A stretch of 63,620 nt of DNA, filler included, from Rhabdomonas costata (lineage: Eukaryota), in assembly GCA_019059605.1 (NCBI GenBank). It is 42 parts of 42 records of this genome, joined end to end, with 100 filler letters (N's around TTAATTAATTAA, not from the genome) between each part and the next. Parts side by side here need not be neighbours in the genome. Positions count along the whole stretch, not along the records: positions 1 to 1,418 come from JAHMHO010016530.1; positions 1,519 to 2,937 come from JAHMHO010016531.1; positions 3,038 to 4,455 come from JAHMHO010016532.1; positions 4,556 to 5,972 come from JAHMHO010016533.1; positions 6,073 to 7,490 come from JAHMHO010016534.1; positions 7,591 to 9,008 come from JAHMHO010016535.1; positions 9,109 to 10,526 come from JAHMHO010016536.1; positions 10,627 to 12,044 come from JAHMHO010016537.1; 34 more parts are not named here. One strand, given 5' to 3'. Of this stretch, positions 1-11,871 are shown piece by piece; within the stretch, counting starts at the first letter, position 1, and each line of letters starts with the position of its first letter. A program made the position numbers and the translations under genes. Under the pieces are notes generated by a model, which worked only from the letters and a program-made list of their open reading frames with translations, did no database searches and was not told where the DNA came from.

Positions 1-7
1 GGGGTGG

Positions 8-754
8 GGGGACCAGTCCGACAAGAAGGTGCTTCAGGAGATTGTCCAGGTGCTGGCATATCAAATGAGCGGAGATGTGGTTCCACTGCTTCAGCCCGAC
101 TTTTGGATCCAGAGCCTCCTTCTCCCGCCTCCGCTGTTTTTGAATCCGGTTCCCTCTCTCCCGGAATTTGCATCGTGCATTTTCACTTCGGTTGTTTCTG
201 GAGCATTCTCTCTTCACTGCTGGATCTGAACTTTGACCCGTTGCTGCACGTTGCCCGTTGCCTTTCTTTTATGGGTTTAATGCGAAGTACTGTGTGTGAC
301 CAGTATGTGTGAGAGAATTGTCGCCCTCCACCAATCTTCGTATGCACCGAATCTCATCGGCTTTGGGTTCGCAATGTGCGAATGCGCAGGACCTTGTCTC
401 CGTGGACGTTGTGATCGACGATGGGGGGCACACTCTGACCTTGCAGCGGGCCAGCCTTTTGGGGCTGTTCCCAGGGCTTCTGCGCCCCGGTGGGGCCTAC
501 TTTGTTGAGGACTTGGATGTGGGTTACCTCCCCAAGTGGGGCGGTGCCCCTTCTGGGAAAGGCTCCTTCCTGAAGTGGGGTACCACAGTTCAGGAGGTGC
601 TGCTGCTTCCCACCTGGAAGCCCCTGCAGCAGCAGTACCCTGAGCTTCAGGTTGTGGAACGGAGGGAACCCGGGACCAGAATGGACCAGAATGCTTCTGT
701 GTTTGAACTCTTGTTGGAATGGTCTGCTTCCTCTGTTGTGAGAGCAAAAATAAG
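8..754 (+). CDS. Class I SAM-dependent O-methyltransferase (MycE-like), partial, spliced
   Basis: Exons <8-49 (GDQSDKKVLQEIVQ) and 390-754 (VDVVIDDGGH...LFPGLLRPGGAYFVEDL) join in phase 0 over GT-AG intron 50-389. Motifs GDQSD, DDGxH and PGGxYxxEDL are typical of this family. A further exon may start at 933. Confidence 0.75.
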
Positions 755-1418
755 GTGACATGTATGGTTTTGTGCGTGCGGTCCCGAGTGATAGCTATGG
801 CCTCCCTCGCTGCCAACTTCTTCTGCAAACCGGCAGTGCAGCGCAAACTTTTTTTGAAGGTGTTTGTTCCAGCTGTGGTGGTTGTAATTTAGGTTATGCG
901 GGTCCTGGGTTTTCACCAGACCTCTCCGTCAGACAGAGCAGTGAATGGTGTCATTCAGGAAGCATACGCGCTCAACGCCCCTCAGCTCACCTCAACGGAC
1001 TTGTCTCTACACAGCGGCTTGCTGCGTACTGCGCTGCAGCTGCAGCGCACACAAAATCACGGTTCTATTCTCCCCTGCCCACGTGTGGCTTGCTTTTGGA
1101 AAGGATCTCTGGTCCATCACCTGGATGACCAACATCTGCCGACTGGACAAGCTTGGCACGGAGGCTCTCGCTGTGCTGCGGGGAGCCTCGGCCCCACCTC
1201 AGGCTCCTGGATTCTCTCCAGAGCCGGCGGGCCCAATAGGTCCTGCACTCATACCCCTCTCCCTTCCAAACACACGGGTTAAGCTGAAATCTGTTCTGCT
1301 ATAATCACTACTTTTCACTGGTCACCAGTCATTAGTTTCTGGGGAACCTTCCCGGAAGCCACTGGAAACCAACCGAAATCAGTCCCCAACTTAGAATCTG
1401 TTGCTGTTGTTTTTCTGT

Positions 1419-1518
1419 NNNNNNNNNNNNNNNNNNNNNNNNNNNNNNNNNNNNNNNNNNNNTTAATTAATTAANNNNNNNNNNNNNNNNNNNNNNNNNN
1501 NNNNNNNNNNNNNNNNNN
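1419..1518. other. Artificial contig linker (first of 41): 44 N + TTAATTAATTAA + 44 N
   Basis: The identical 100-nt spacer with six-frame stops recurs every ~1517 nt. The 42 contigs are near-identical in length, as in a size-sorted concatenation. Confidence 0.99.
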
Positions 1519-3294
1519 GGTTTTTGTGATACGATTTGTTTCGCGGCCGGGCGCTTTTTGCCCATATAGCGCCTTGGGAAAACGGCTTTCCCATGCTACC
1601 GGGGCAACAGCACAACGGAGGGATGCCCAAAATTGATCGGATATTTCTTCGCAAAACCGTCGTACATTCCGCAACTGAAATCGCCGACGCCTGAGCAGCA
1701 AGCAAACGTGATTTTTGGTCTGGCCCAGGTAAAAATAGGGGAATGGATCAATCTATCGCTTTCTGCGTGCGCCGCGCTCTGTGATATGAAGCCCGTGCTT
1801 CAATGCATCCGGCGCCGCTTCCCAATGTGTGTCCACAATAAGTCCAATTCGTTGCTCTCCAGACCGACCGACCGGTGGCCAAACCGGCGCCTAACTACCA
1901 AGCTTGCCCCAAAGGCTTGCAGCGAGGCGGTTGTTAAACAGAAGAATCTTGGCATCGGCAACGCAAACACTTTAAAGCAAACGATTTCGCACATCAAGGA
2001 GCAGCCGTGTTGAGGAGGTCGTCAGATTTAACAACAGCTTGCAATGTGGCAATGACAAAGGTCATGAACACATATGAGGCACTTCCTGGTGTCATTCAAC
2101 TGCATGACACTGCCGCTCCTGGTACCGGCGGTCACACGCAACATGGATTGCTCATCTAGTATGACCCCGCAGAGGAGCTCAAACAGGTGTCCACGGCGGT
2201 GTTTACAGATCATTGATTTACTTATTTTAAACCCCAAAACAGAACTGACACATAACAATCCCTCCAACGAACCACATTCGAGCAAGAACTCATTGATTGT
2301 AGATCTCATCGCATATGATATGGAGGAAATAATTATAGATCACATCCACTAGCAACGCAATAGCATTTTTAATCCATGCCACAGGAACAATCTCAACGCC
2401 CATCTACACAATTACATATTTGCCCATCAATTTTTGTGTTAAATCACATCAGAAACTTCCATTAATTGTCACATGACATTTCACATTCACTTGATCTGCA
2501 CAAACCACACGTCACATCACCAGGTCATTCTAGAAGATGTATGTCTCATCTAAAAACTACGCAACAATTGCCTGAGAAATATCCGAATTATGCTCCAGCT
2601 TGTATTATCTAAATAATCCCTAGAGTGGCGTCAGAATGCAGGCGCCTCTCACATTTCCACTTGGCATACGAAATGTTTTTGCACTCCAATTTACACACCA
2701 TCCCGCTCACACACAAGTGCACAAGAACTAAATTTAGTGCATATCACAAAATCATTTCACGCAAACATTTTATTTTTCCTTTGTGGTGAGTGTTTTGTGT
2801 CACAGTAAACAAAAAGTAAATAATTACGTCTTCATTTAAAACAAACCTGCACGCGTTTTCGGAAAGCGTGCAATAATTGTACAAGACATAGGTCACAACT
2901 TACAGGCCGGAACTTCACTGGATCATTATCAAAGCATNNNNNNNNNNNNNNNNNNNNNNNNNNNNNNNNNNNNNNNNNNNNTTAATTAATTAANNNNNNN
3001 NNNNNNNNNNNNNNNNNNNNNNNNNNNNNNNNNNNNNGGTGGTGGCTGCAGAATGATACGTGAGCGCACAATCCCAAGGAAAGCTGACAGCGGGAGCTTC
3101 TTAGCGTGACTCCGCGATCCAGCAAATCCCGCCGTGTGTGCTTGTGCGTACTTCGCTGAAGCTGACGTGTTGCAGTTGCATATGTCGTGGCATTGTGGAT
3201 CCTATTGCGCCGTTGCTCCTCAATTACACCGCTTCAGTGTGTTAGTGTTTGGCACACGCTGGCAGTGTCTTACGCACACGCTGTCCTATGCCAG

Positions 3295-3908
3295 GTCACC
3301 TCCGACCTTCTTTCGGAGACGGTAATCTTTCTGGTGGAGCGGCAGTCTGGGGCCCTTCTAGCCAGCTCCATCTCTGGCCAGGACTTGGTCACCTCGTACG
3401 ACCCCGTGACCGGCACGGCTCAGATGGTGCCCGCCCAGCAGGCCAGCAGTGCGGCGGTCCGGGGAATCGCAGCAGCCACGGTGGACCCAAGGACGGGTTG
3501 GGCAAGATTCACTGGTACCCATGAGGAGGACCTCCACACCGGGGACTACTACGCCCACGTCGGCCCAATCTCGATGCAGGTCTTCCTGGCTGTTGCGTGT
3601 GCTTTTTCCCTTCTAGCACCAGTGCGGCAGAGAGCTCTGCTCAAGAGCGATACAGAGGGCGACTTCTATCCACTCTGTGCGTTATGCATTATTAAATCGT
3701 TCCGTTCCTTCCCACATTCTGTGGTCTCTGAAGATTTTTCACTTGTGCTTTCCACCTGTGCAGAGTAAATTCTGTGGATGCGCCCCTTCATTTGGACACA
3801 GGGCCTGGACTGGGTTCTTGTGGTGGGCACCAAGAGGTCGGTGTGGATGGCGTACATCACCTCTGGAGTGCCTCAGACGGTGGGCCTGGTGACGGCGTGC
3901 ATCGTGGG
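3295..3908 (+). CDS. Membrane receptor (Cache-like domain + start of TM), probable receptor nucleotide cyclase, 2 exons
   Basis: Exons 3295-3579 (VIFLVERQSGALLASS...) and 3802-3908 (GLDWVLVVGTKRSVWMA...ACIVG), GT-AG. The GLDWxLVV motif ends Cache domains. Exon 2 is paralogous to 47242-47348. Confidence 0.7.
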
Positions 3909-4239
3909 GTATGTTCGTGTGCATCCACACACCCGCACCGTTGTGTGCTACAGAGAGTGCTTCTATGGTTCCACCTTACAGTTTTATGAGCGGAGGTAAA
4001 CGCCCTCCACCATCTCACCGAGCTGGAAAGGGAATTCTTTCCATCCTCCGCACTCTTGTTTATTGTGGATGCGCACTTGCAACGGTGCACATCGAACACA
4101 TGAATTATCTGGACGCCGTTCATTGTGATTGTGCCGTGACTTGCCGTCCTCTGTTTTGTTCCACCTCGTTGCTGGCGGAAAGGAGGATAGCAATGCGCCT
4201 GAAGGTGAAAAGAGACGTCCGCTGCGGTTGCACGCATAC

Positions 4240-4434
4240 TTGCGGTACTCCTTAAGCGCCGCTGCCAGCCCGTTGAAGGCCAGCATCAACGTGGCCACCT
4301 CACTGAGCGCGGAGAGCCGCTCAAAGGGCTGCACCTGCCCCACATCCATCTCCTGCAGCAGGGCCAGCTGCCCAATGATCCGGAGCAGTGGCAGCGCCAC
4401 CATCCTCTCGAGGGCAACGACGACCAGACAAATC
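4240..4434 (-). CDS. TM + HAMP exon of a receptor cyclase, inverted relative to exons 3295-3908
   Basis: TAG|G ATT TGT... reads ICLVVVALERMVALPLLRIIGQLALLQEMD...SALSEVATLMLAFNGLAAALKEYRK|GTATGC. It aligns with the HAMP exon at 47917. Confidence 0.75.
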
Positions 4435-4710
4435 CTACGTGCCGACCCCCCCACCNNNNNNNNNNNNNNNNNNNNNNNNNNNNNNNNNNNNNNNNNNNNT
4501 TAATTAATTAANNNNNNNNNNNNNNNNNNNNNNNNNNNNNNNNNNNNNNNNNNNNGGTTGTTTTTGCACAGTTGCTCTGTTTGTGTGTTTGTGATTTTGG
4601 TACTGTCACAGTCGGTAGTTTACGTCCCGTCTCTGTCTTTCCACTCGTTCTTGCTTACCTTTCTTGGGGTTGCATCTGCATTCCCCCCCTTTTCTCGTGT
4701 TTTCTTTTTT

Positions 4711-5883
4711 ATGATGATGCCGGTGCATGCTCGCGCGGTTCTCCGCCTGTGGCTCGTAATGAGCTTGGCACAGCAGCTGGTGCTCCACGCCGGTGCAGTA
4801 CCTGTGGCCCCTCCAATGTATGCCCCGGGGAAGGCCGCGGTGTTCATGAAGGATCGGGAGGTGGTCTGCACGAAGACCTTCTCCTTCGGCAACAACGGGA
4901 CGTGGGACATCAAGGGAGCCACCTTCATGTTCTGGGCCTTTGGGCGCGATCCCTTCTCGTCCAGCACGATCATTAGCATTGCCAGCAGTGACCCAAAGGC
5001 CACGAACGACTCCAACACTTCGGTCTGAGCATTGGAATAGGAGCGGGGGCGAGAGAGTGATGGTCCGCGGGATGCAGACGTTGACCGGTGTTTTTCCGCT
5101 CCGGGAAAACATTGATGTTGTGGGGGGTTTGCCTTTTTTTGCTGGAGAATCTTTTCTCTGCCCGGATCAAAAAGGCTATTTCAGAGAGGTCTGGGACCAC
5201 GGCGCATGATAAACCTTACTCCCCCGCCCCTCCCCTGAGCACTGAACTGCCTCTGCGAGCTCATGGAATTTGCACACTGCATATTGAGTCAATGCACCAC
5301 ACGACCCCTAAACAGCTGCGCTTTTCCTTGCGGGTGTGGCAGCGTACTTTCTTTCCCCTGCACTTGCTCTCTGTGTCAATGAACCGCCGGTTGTAATAAG
5401 TCCTCTTTTCCTTCACGACTTCCCTTCCTTCCTCTCTTCCCTGATCCCATTTGGCGCCTGTCTACTGTCTTCCTTATCGTTGACGCCACACACCCTCCTC
5501 CCTCTCTTCTCCTCTCAGTCATACCTACTCTCCTTCCACTCGGTGCCCCTATGCACTCATATTCGTCGTTTCCGTTTCCGTCGTGTAAACCAAAATATGC
5601 CTGCCTCTCCAAGGTTACTGCTCTGCTTTGTTTCCTTGCTCAGTGAACACAGTGCTGCGCTGACCTCGCGCTGTCTCGCCTCATTTCCTGCTCAGCGACT
5701 GCCCTCCTCTTCGGAAAATTATGCTCTGTTCAGGGAGGAGATAACTTCTTGCAGATGCAGGCCGAAACGCTGTACATGTTCGACGTCAACAACGGCAACT
5801 ACCCTCACGTTTACCTCGCTGATGGGAAGTGGCACCACTACGCTCTGAGCCTCAACGATACCGACCGTCGCGCCACGTGGATG
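4711..5883 (+). CDS. Secreted/surface LamG (concanavalin-like) domain protein, N-terminal exons
   Basis: Exon 4711-5022 has a signal-peptide-like start and GATFMFW. Exon 5755-5883 carries the LamG motif ADGKWHHYALSL. The join is phase 0, GT-AG. Confidence 0.6.
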
Positions 5884-6072
5884 GTGCTCACCCCTCTCCT
5901 AGGGACCCCTTGTTCCTTACTCCGCAACAATCAGCACCACTCGGAATTGTTGTGGCCTTACCGGTCTTAAGCNNNNNNNNNNNNNNNNNNNNNNNNNNNN
6001 NNNNNNNNNNNNNNNNTTAATTAATTAANNNNNNNNNNNNNNNNNNNNNNNNNNNNNNNNNNNNNNNNNNNN

Positions 6073-6256
6073 TACGCTGCCGAAGGGGTCATAGGGTTGG
6101 ACCGTATCCAGCCCGGAGCCTAAGAACCTGATAACCTGAGAACCTGCAATAGATGATCGAGATTCCAGGGCTATATTTTGTACGCTGCCGAAGGGGTCAT
6201 AGGGTTGGACCGTATCCAGCCCGGAGCCTAAGAACCTGATAACCTGAGAACCTGCA
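6073..6256. repeat. Exact 76-bp direct repeat, period 108 bp
   Basis: TACGCTGCCGAAGGGG...GAGAACCTGCA occurs at 6073 and 6181. The first copy is cut by the contig start. Confidence 0.9.
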
Positions 6257-7700
6257 TGAACAGTCAACCTCTCAAGCACTGCTTAGCAGCCGAAGAGGGC
6301 TGGTCCAGTCAGTTTTGCAGAGTGCACAACCTCCAGAACCGTACAGCTAATGATACTACTGATGGCAGCTCATCGGATAAAGTTCCACCGAGAGCATGCC
6401 ACCGAGAGCATTCTCCAGACTTTTCCAAACGCTGAAGTCCAGTGGTAGTCCTCCCAAGCCCACTTCCCACAGACAGCAATAAGCGCCAGCCACTATCAAA
6501 AAGTCATGCCACGGCAATTCGAAGACGGTCGGAAGAAGTGGTATGGGAGGGAACCCCCCTCCCATAAAACGAAAATCCCAGCACGCAAAACCCCATATTC
6601 CATTTTTCGCATCTGAAAAAACACAAGTAAAAAAGAGGCCATTGCCCTGCCCCTATTCCGCTCTTTTCTAGGAAGCACGATAAAGCAGCTGTATTTCAGC
6701 TGTGGCGTCAGTGTCAAAATGTCAGCATGGGTCTGTGTCCAATGTGAGAGGCGCATGATTTTTTTGGCGCAGATTCTTTTTAACTTTTGTCTGCGTTGAT
6801 GTGCTGATGTGTTTAAAAAAAAAGTCGAGTTTTTGACTCGAAGGAAGCAGGTACCGGGCATGAAGTGGCAGAAAAAAAGAAATCCCAAGCAGAAACCCCA
6901 CTCTTCTCCCCAAGAAAAAGCAAGCATCCTCTCCGCACGACTAATTTGAAGCACGCCAAAACACACAAAAAAAAAGATGAGAAAGCACTGCGTGGGAAGA
7001 AGCCCTTTGCGCGAGCCGGCCCCCCTCCGGGAGGGAAGCCGTGAGCCCCACGATTGTGGGTCAAGGTACCGGGGATGAGGAAGCGGAGGAAGAGGAAGAG
7101 GACGACGACCGACTGGAAGCCCCCAGGGCGGCAGGCGCGGGAGGAAGAGGTGCTTGAGGATTCAGCAGGCAGTTCATCCGGTTACAATGGACTTCAGGGA
7201 CTTCCACTTCTTTCCTTCCACGTACACATGCAGCAACACGCAAGGACTGACAACCGGTCTACGCACACGACATCTAAACATGTGCCCTGCCTGAGACCTC
7301 GGAGAGTCAACTAGGAACGGAGAAATGGTTTTAGAGCTGGCTCCTTTCCACCCACCACAAATCCGATTTCCTTACTTATTTGGATAGATAGATAAAGACA
7401 TTTGGCTTAAACATATATGACACGGCACTCTTATGGACGCCCAGTGTGGTCCAAAGCAAGGGAAAGCCCATATGTTAATGTAAAAAAAACNNNNNNNNNN
7501 NNNNNNNNNNNNNNNNNNNNNNNNNNNNNNNNNNTTAATTAATTAANNNNNNNNNNNNNNNNNNNNNNNNNNNNNNNNNNNNNNNNNNNNGTTTGTGATA
7601 ATTCGTTTTGGATGCATTTGTGTCCCTAGATGTCCCAAGATGGGCCTAACGGGTTTGTGCTGATGGGAGCTAAGCGTGGTGTCGGATTTGTGATGTGCAG

Positions 7701-8054
7701 GTGGTGGAATCTGTTTTAGCCACACCCAACCGGGAACCATTGGAGTACACGTACAAGATCGATCATGGAGACTCACTTTTTCAGGAAGCCCTGCGGGTGC
7801 CCTCCGGGACGCTTCATCTCGTTCTGGAGTGCCCCGATTACATCACGTGGAAGTGCCAAGTGCTCCTGGCAAAGCTTGTGGTTTGCTTCGGGTTGCCATG
7901 GTCTGTGGAGAGAGTGCTTTGGCTGGGACTGTATGCTCGGCAGAAGCAGAAGACAATCGGCAGTACTGTGCCGTGCAGGTGCAGGCTTGCCTTAATGGAC
8001 CATCACACGTTGAGCATAGTATTGTCCTTTATGGATGGCCGAAGGTGTACCTGA
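7701..8054 (+). CDS. Terminal exon, unknown protein
   Basis: A TGCAG acceptor is followed by 117 protein-like codons (LHLVLECPDYITWKCQVLLAKLVVCFGLPWSVERVLWLG) ending at TGA. Confidence 0.45.
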   Translation: MVESVLATPNREPLEYTYKIDHGDSLFQEALRVPSGTLHLVLECPDYITWKCQVLLAKLVVCFGLPWSVERVLWLGLYARQKQKTIGSTVPCRCRLALMDHHTLSIVLSFMDGRRCT

Positions 8055-8678
8055 TTCCGCATTGTCTCTAGGACATTGTTTTGTATGCAATTCTGAGCCC
8101 GAGCTTGAATCATGACCCTGAACTCAAGCTGGCTTGGGATGTGGCCGGCATCATGTTTTCTGTTGGGCGGGAGGTTCAACTGAGATTTCAGCAGAAGAGG
8201 AGTTTGCATGGGGTTAGGAGGCGGTGGACGTGTTTACTGGGAATTGGTATCGTCATGTGCGTTGCGATCGCATTACAAAACTATGTGGCGATCGCGGGGG
8301 GGGGGGGTATTTAATGTACTGCGCTTTGCTGTAGTACCGCGGAGTGCCATTTGCGACAATTCATTCGTATGTTCCTCAACCCACCATGCCTTTGCCACCT
8401 CGAGCTACTTCACGGGATAAAAATTGAAACTGCTCGTTCCTTTTTAAAGTTCCAATCCAGTGAGGCTTTCTGGACGAAGACGGGCTGTGGTGCAAAGTAC
8501 CAGAGGGACTCTGAGCTCCAAATCGTGCCATCTCTTCCAACATGCACAGCCGCCTCTTGTCTTCGGCGAGAAGGTGTGGTCTTGAGCATCTCCTTCCACA
8601 GTCAATTTGCCGAACTCCGGAGAGACAGAAGTATCGTATTTCGGTTCTTTTTGCAGATGCGCCTACCTTGCTTGCATC

Positions 8679-8990
8679 ATGCTGTGGGCGCGTTATATTT
8701 TCGTGTTTGCTATGGTTGCTGTTTTATGCTTTTTCGCCTCGCTTGTTCTGCGAGTTGACTTCTCAGATACTGCCGAAACAGTTGCTCCGCTTCCTATTCC
8801 TGTTTCCATTCCGAAACCGCGTAATTTCTCAGAAGTCGGTTCTCCCAGGATGCACTCCATATCCTCTCCCATGAAGCCAGAACCTCTCGCTTTCAACCAA
8901 AGCACGACTTTGAAGTCCTCCCTCGGGCAAAAGCTGGCTCAAGTGCAACCTGGGCATCCCACCTCTGCAGCTTCTCCTCCACCCCCCCCC
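8679..8990 (+). CDS. N-terminus of a type II membrane protein (TM anchor + Pro/Ser stem)
   Basis: MLWARYIFVFAMVAVLCFFASLVLRV followed by a P/S-rich stem. A pyrimidine tract plus TTGCAG lies 22 nt upstream (possible trans-splice acceptor). Confidence 0.45.
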
Positions 8991-11231
8991 AAACACACCC
9001 CCAACACANNNNNNNNNNNNNNNNNNNNNNNNNNNNNNNNNNNNNNNNNNNNTTAATTAATTAANNNNNNNNNNNNNNNNNNNNNNNNNNNNNNNNNNNN
9101 NNNNNNNNTGTGTTGGGTGTGGTGGCGGTGGTTGGCGGTGCGGTGTCGTTCGCATCTTCAGAGAAGCGCGGCGATCTATTCTTCCTCTTCGTTCATGGTG
9201 GGGCGGGGGCTTGGTATCGGACGTCGGGGTCCAACGGCTGCTCGGAAAGGGCTGGGCGACTTTTGCTTTTGCGGCTTTGGCGCTTGGACCAATACTTGGC
9301 CGGCTTTGTTTCGGGCTTCGGCGTTTCTTTCGGGTTATTCCTCTTCAACGGTTCTCGGGGCGTCGGCCTTTCTATTTCCATTTCCTTCAGCCGGAAAAAG
9401 CAACGCGGTCACCACTGGAAAAAGAGGTTACAACTCGTCTCTGGCGGTAGGCACAAGTCTTCTGACAGAATCAATAACACGCCGCAACAGACGCTTCTCT
9501 GAGTACCGATACCACACAGCAGCACGGAGCCCAGGCGGAAGCGAAGGCCCTGAAACAAACCATACAGAATTTGCGGCAACATTATGACATCAGTTGAGCC
9601 GACGAGGAAAAGCGCTTCATGCATTTGTACCTGTGAATTTCTGGTGGTAAACAAAAAGAGGTTGATGGCCCCACGAAGCTGCGCACTGCAAATGTGGGTT
9701 GTCTCGGCCGAATATTCCGCCGATGCGCACCAAAACCACCAAAAAAATCCCAATCAGTCAACTCACAGTCACTCCTGTTAATATCCATCACGCATATACA
9801 ACAGCCAACACACACACATACACACCCTGAGAGTGCGCACAGCCCTCCTGGCTTGCGCACCCGTCAAATGAGGATGCAGACAGGTTGCCATGGAAGGCGT
9901 CCAGCAGACGACTTTCCTGCAAAAGCTCCCGATCGGCTGTACTATTGTGAGAGTAGCCTTGCAGCAGCTCTTCCAGAAACGATGCCAGAGGTCCGTAGCC
10001 GTCAGCTGGCCGAGCTGAATCTAATGACAGCAGAAGCAGACGTGCCATTAAAGAGGGAAAGCGAGCAAACTCTGCACTATAACGATGTGGGAAAACCTAC
10101 ACTACACTCATCACATTTGCATGGCTATTGACGGGTGAGACCGTAAACTTGTCCGATGTATTTTCTATTCACTTTGTAAAGCGGAAAGGACGCAGGTACG
10201 GGTTCAGGAAGGCTGTCTGTCCCTCTGCAGATTATCGAACAGAGCTTGTTGGAAAGAACAAAGGACCAGCACTCATTGGTAACCACAGCTATTCCTTCGT
10301 CATCCCATGTTACAAAAATGCAACTTTGTTTCTGTTCACATTCAGTTGCACTCGCACAGGCCTCCCGCAAGCCACTCGCATTTCTCAAGGCTTTCAGCAA
10401 TTGCGATACACCTACCAGCGACAGCAGCAACGGTACGCAGCAGCTCATCAGATATCGGCTTGGAAGGGTCGAGGCAAAAGCTGCTCCGGTCAAATGGGCG
10501 AATCCCGCGTCTGCACCCCCCCCCCCNNNNNNNNNNNNNNNNNNNNNNNNNNNNNNNNNNNNNNNNNNNNTTAATTAATTAANNNNNNNNNNNNNNNNNN
10601 NNNNNNNNNNNNNNNNNNNNNNNNNNGCAGCGCGTGCTGTACTGTTTTGGAATTTGTACGGGGCTGCGGTTGTTGGTCGGGGCCGTGCAAATCAAAATTA
10701 CGACTAGTAACCACCGAAGCAGTGACTCGGGGGGGGGGGCTTCAGCTGCAATGTGGATCCCCCTCTGACTGCTCCCACTGCCAGACTTGCACTATTTTTC
10801 ACGTGGAGCGAGCGCTGCCCCCTCGACGCCGACATCAGTGCTGAGTGTGCCGCTGGGTAGCGGCCATCCATACATCAACAACATTGGCTGTGAGGGCAAT
10901 CGTATTAAGTTTATGTCAATTCCCCACTCTGAGACAGACATCACTCTTCGATTCCATCATAAAATCATGAGTACACTCCATGGTTGCGCTCGACTTGCGC
11001 GTTAAACCATACTGTTCAAATCTGCGCTGGTAGGTCGGCTGCCAGAAAACCAACTCATGTGCCGCTTTCCCGGCAACGTTTGACAACCCACCACCACCAA
11101 AAAATACACTGGACGCCGCCAAGGAGACAAAACCCATCACTGACGGCGCGGCTTCAACCAATTTCCCAAAGTGAGTCACCACAACCAACCACAAGGAAAG
11201 GAAGGGAAACAGCGGAGGGGGGCAAGGGCAC

Positions 11232-11871
11232 AAACCGCTCCACACAGAACCCACACGAGCTGCAGTGCGAGGCCCGTGGGGGTCTCCACAAATGACACGT
11301 CGAGCACCAACGGCACCCCGCCTCCGGGGGAGGGGTGCCTGGGGTGCTGCTTCGGACAGGCCGCGGTGGGGACAAGCTGGAGTACCCCCCCAGTGTGGGG
11401 TGCAGCGCAGGAGGGAAGGCCACGGAAGCCACCACGGGGTCGGCGGAAGTTGCAGCTGCGACCGGATTCTCCGCACACTCCGTAGTCGCAGCATAGGGCG
11501 CGGCTGAGGCCGTGACGGAGGAGGAGGGGCCGTCGGAGGAGAGGGAGAAGGGCTGAGCTGGAGGAGCGGGCTCGGGGTCCTCTGGGGAGTAGTTGACGTT
11601 TGGGGGGATGATCCCTGTACAAGGAAAAACCTCGGCTTGTTATTCACCCCTTGCCCTCGCTTTGCACCCGTAGCCTGAAAATTGAAGAGGACCATGGAAG
11701 ACTTGTGAAGCAATTGCAAGCCTGGGAAAGAGAGAGCATCACTTGGGTGGCGGTTTGTGGCCTTGCCTGGACTTGCGGAAAGCAAAGAGGAACGAGGGTA
11801 GAGGGTAGTGATCGAAACAATCACGGCGATCGTGGCAGCGGAGTCTCCATGTTCGGTCAATGACAATACCC
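11232..11871 (-). CDS. DHHC-type palmitoyltransferase, partial
   Basis: Exon 11614-11232 starts (G)IIPP and ends RWCSTCHLWRPPRASHCSSCGFCVERF|GT, the Cys-rich domain just before DHHC. Upstream exon 11871-11767 ends SASP-G at a GC donor, rebuilding a DPGIIP-like motif. Confidence 0.85.

Noticed and set aside
1463..1474. Regularly spaced TTAATTAATTAA as a CRISPR-like or biological repeat
   Set aside because: It is always centred in N runs and gives stops in all six frames, so it is a synthetic joiner.
10916..11866. 316-aa ORF as a single gene
   Set aside because: It reads through introns. The conserved DHHC-domain motif is in another frame, bounded by splice sites.
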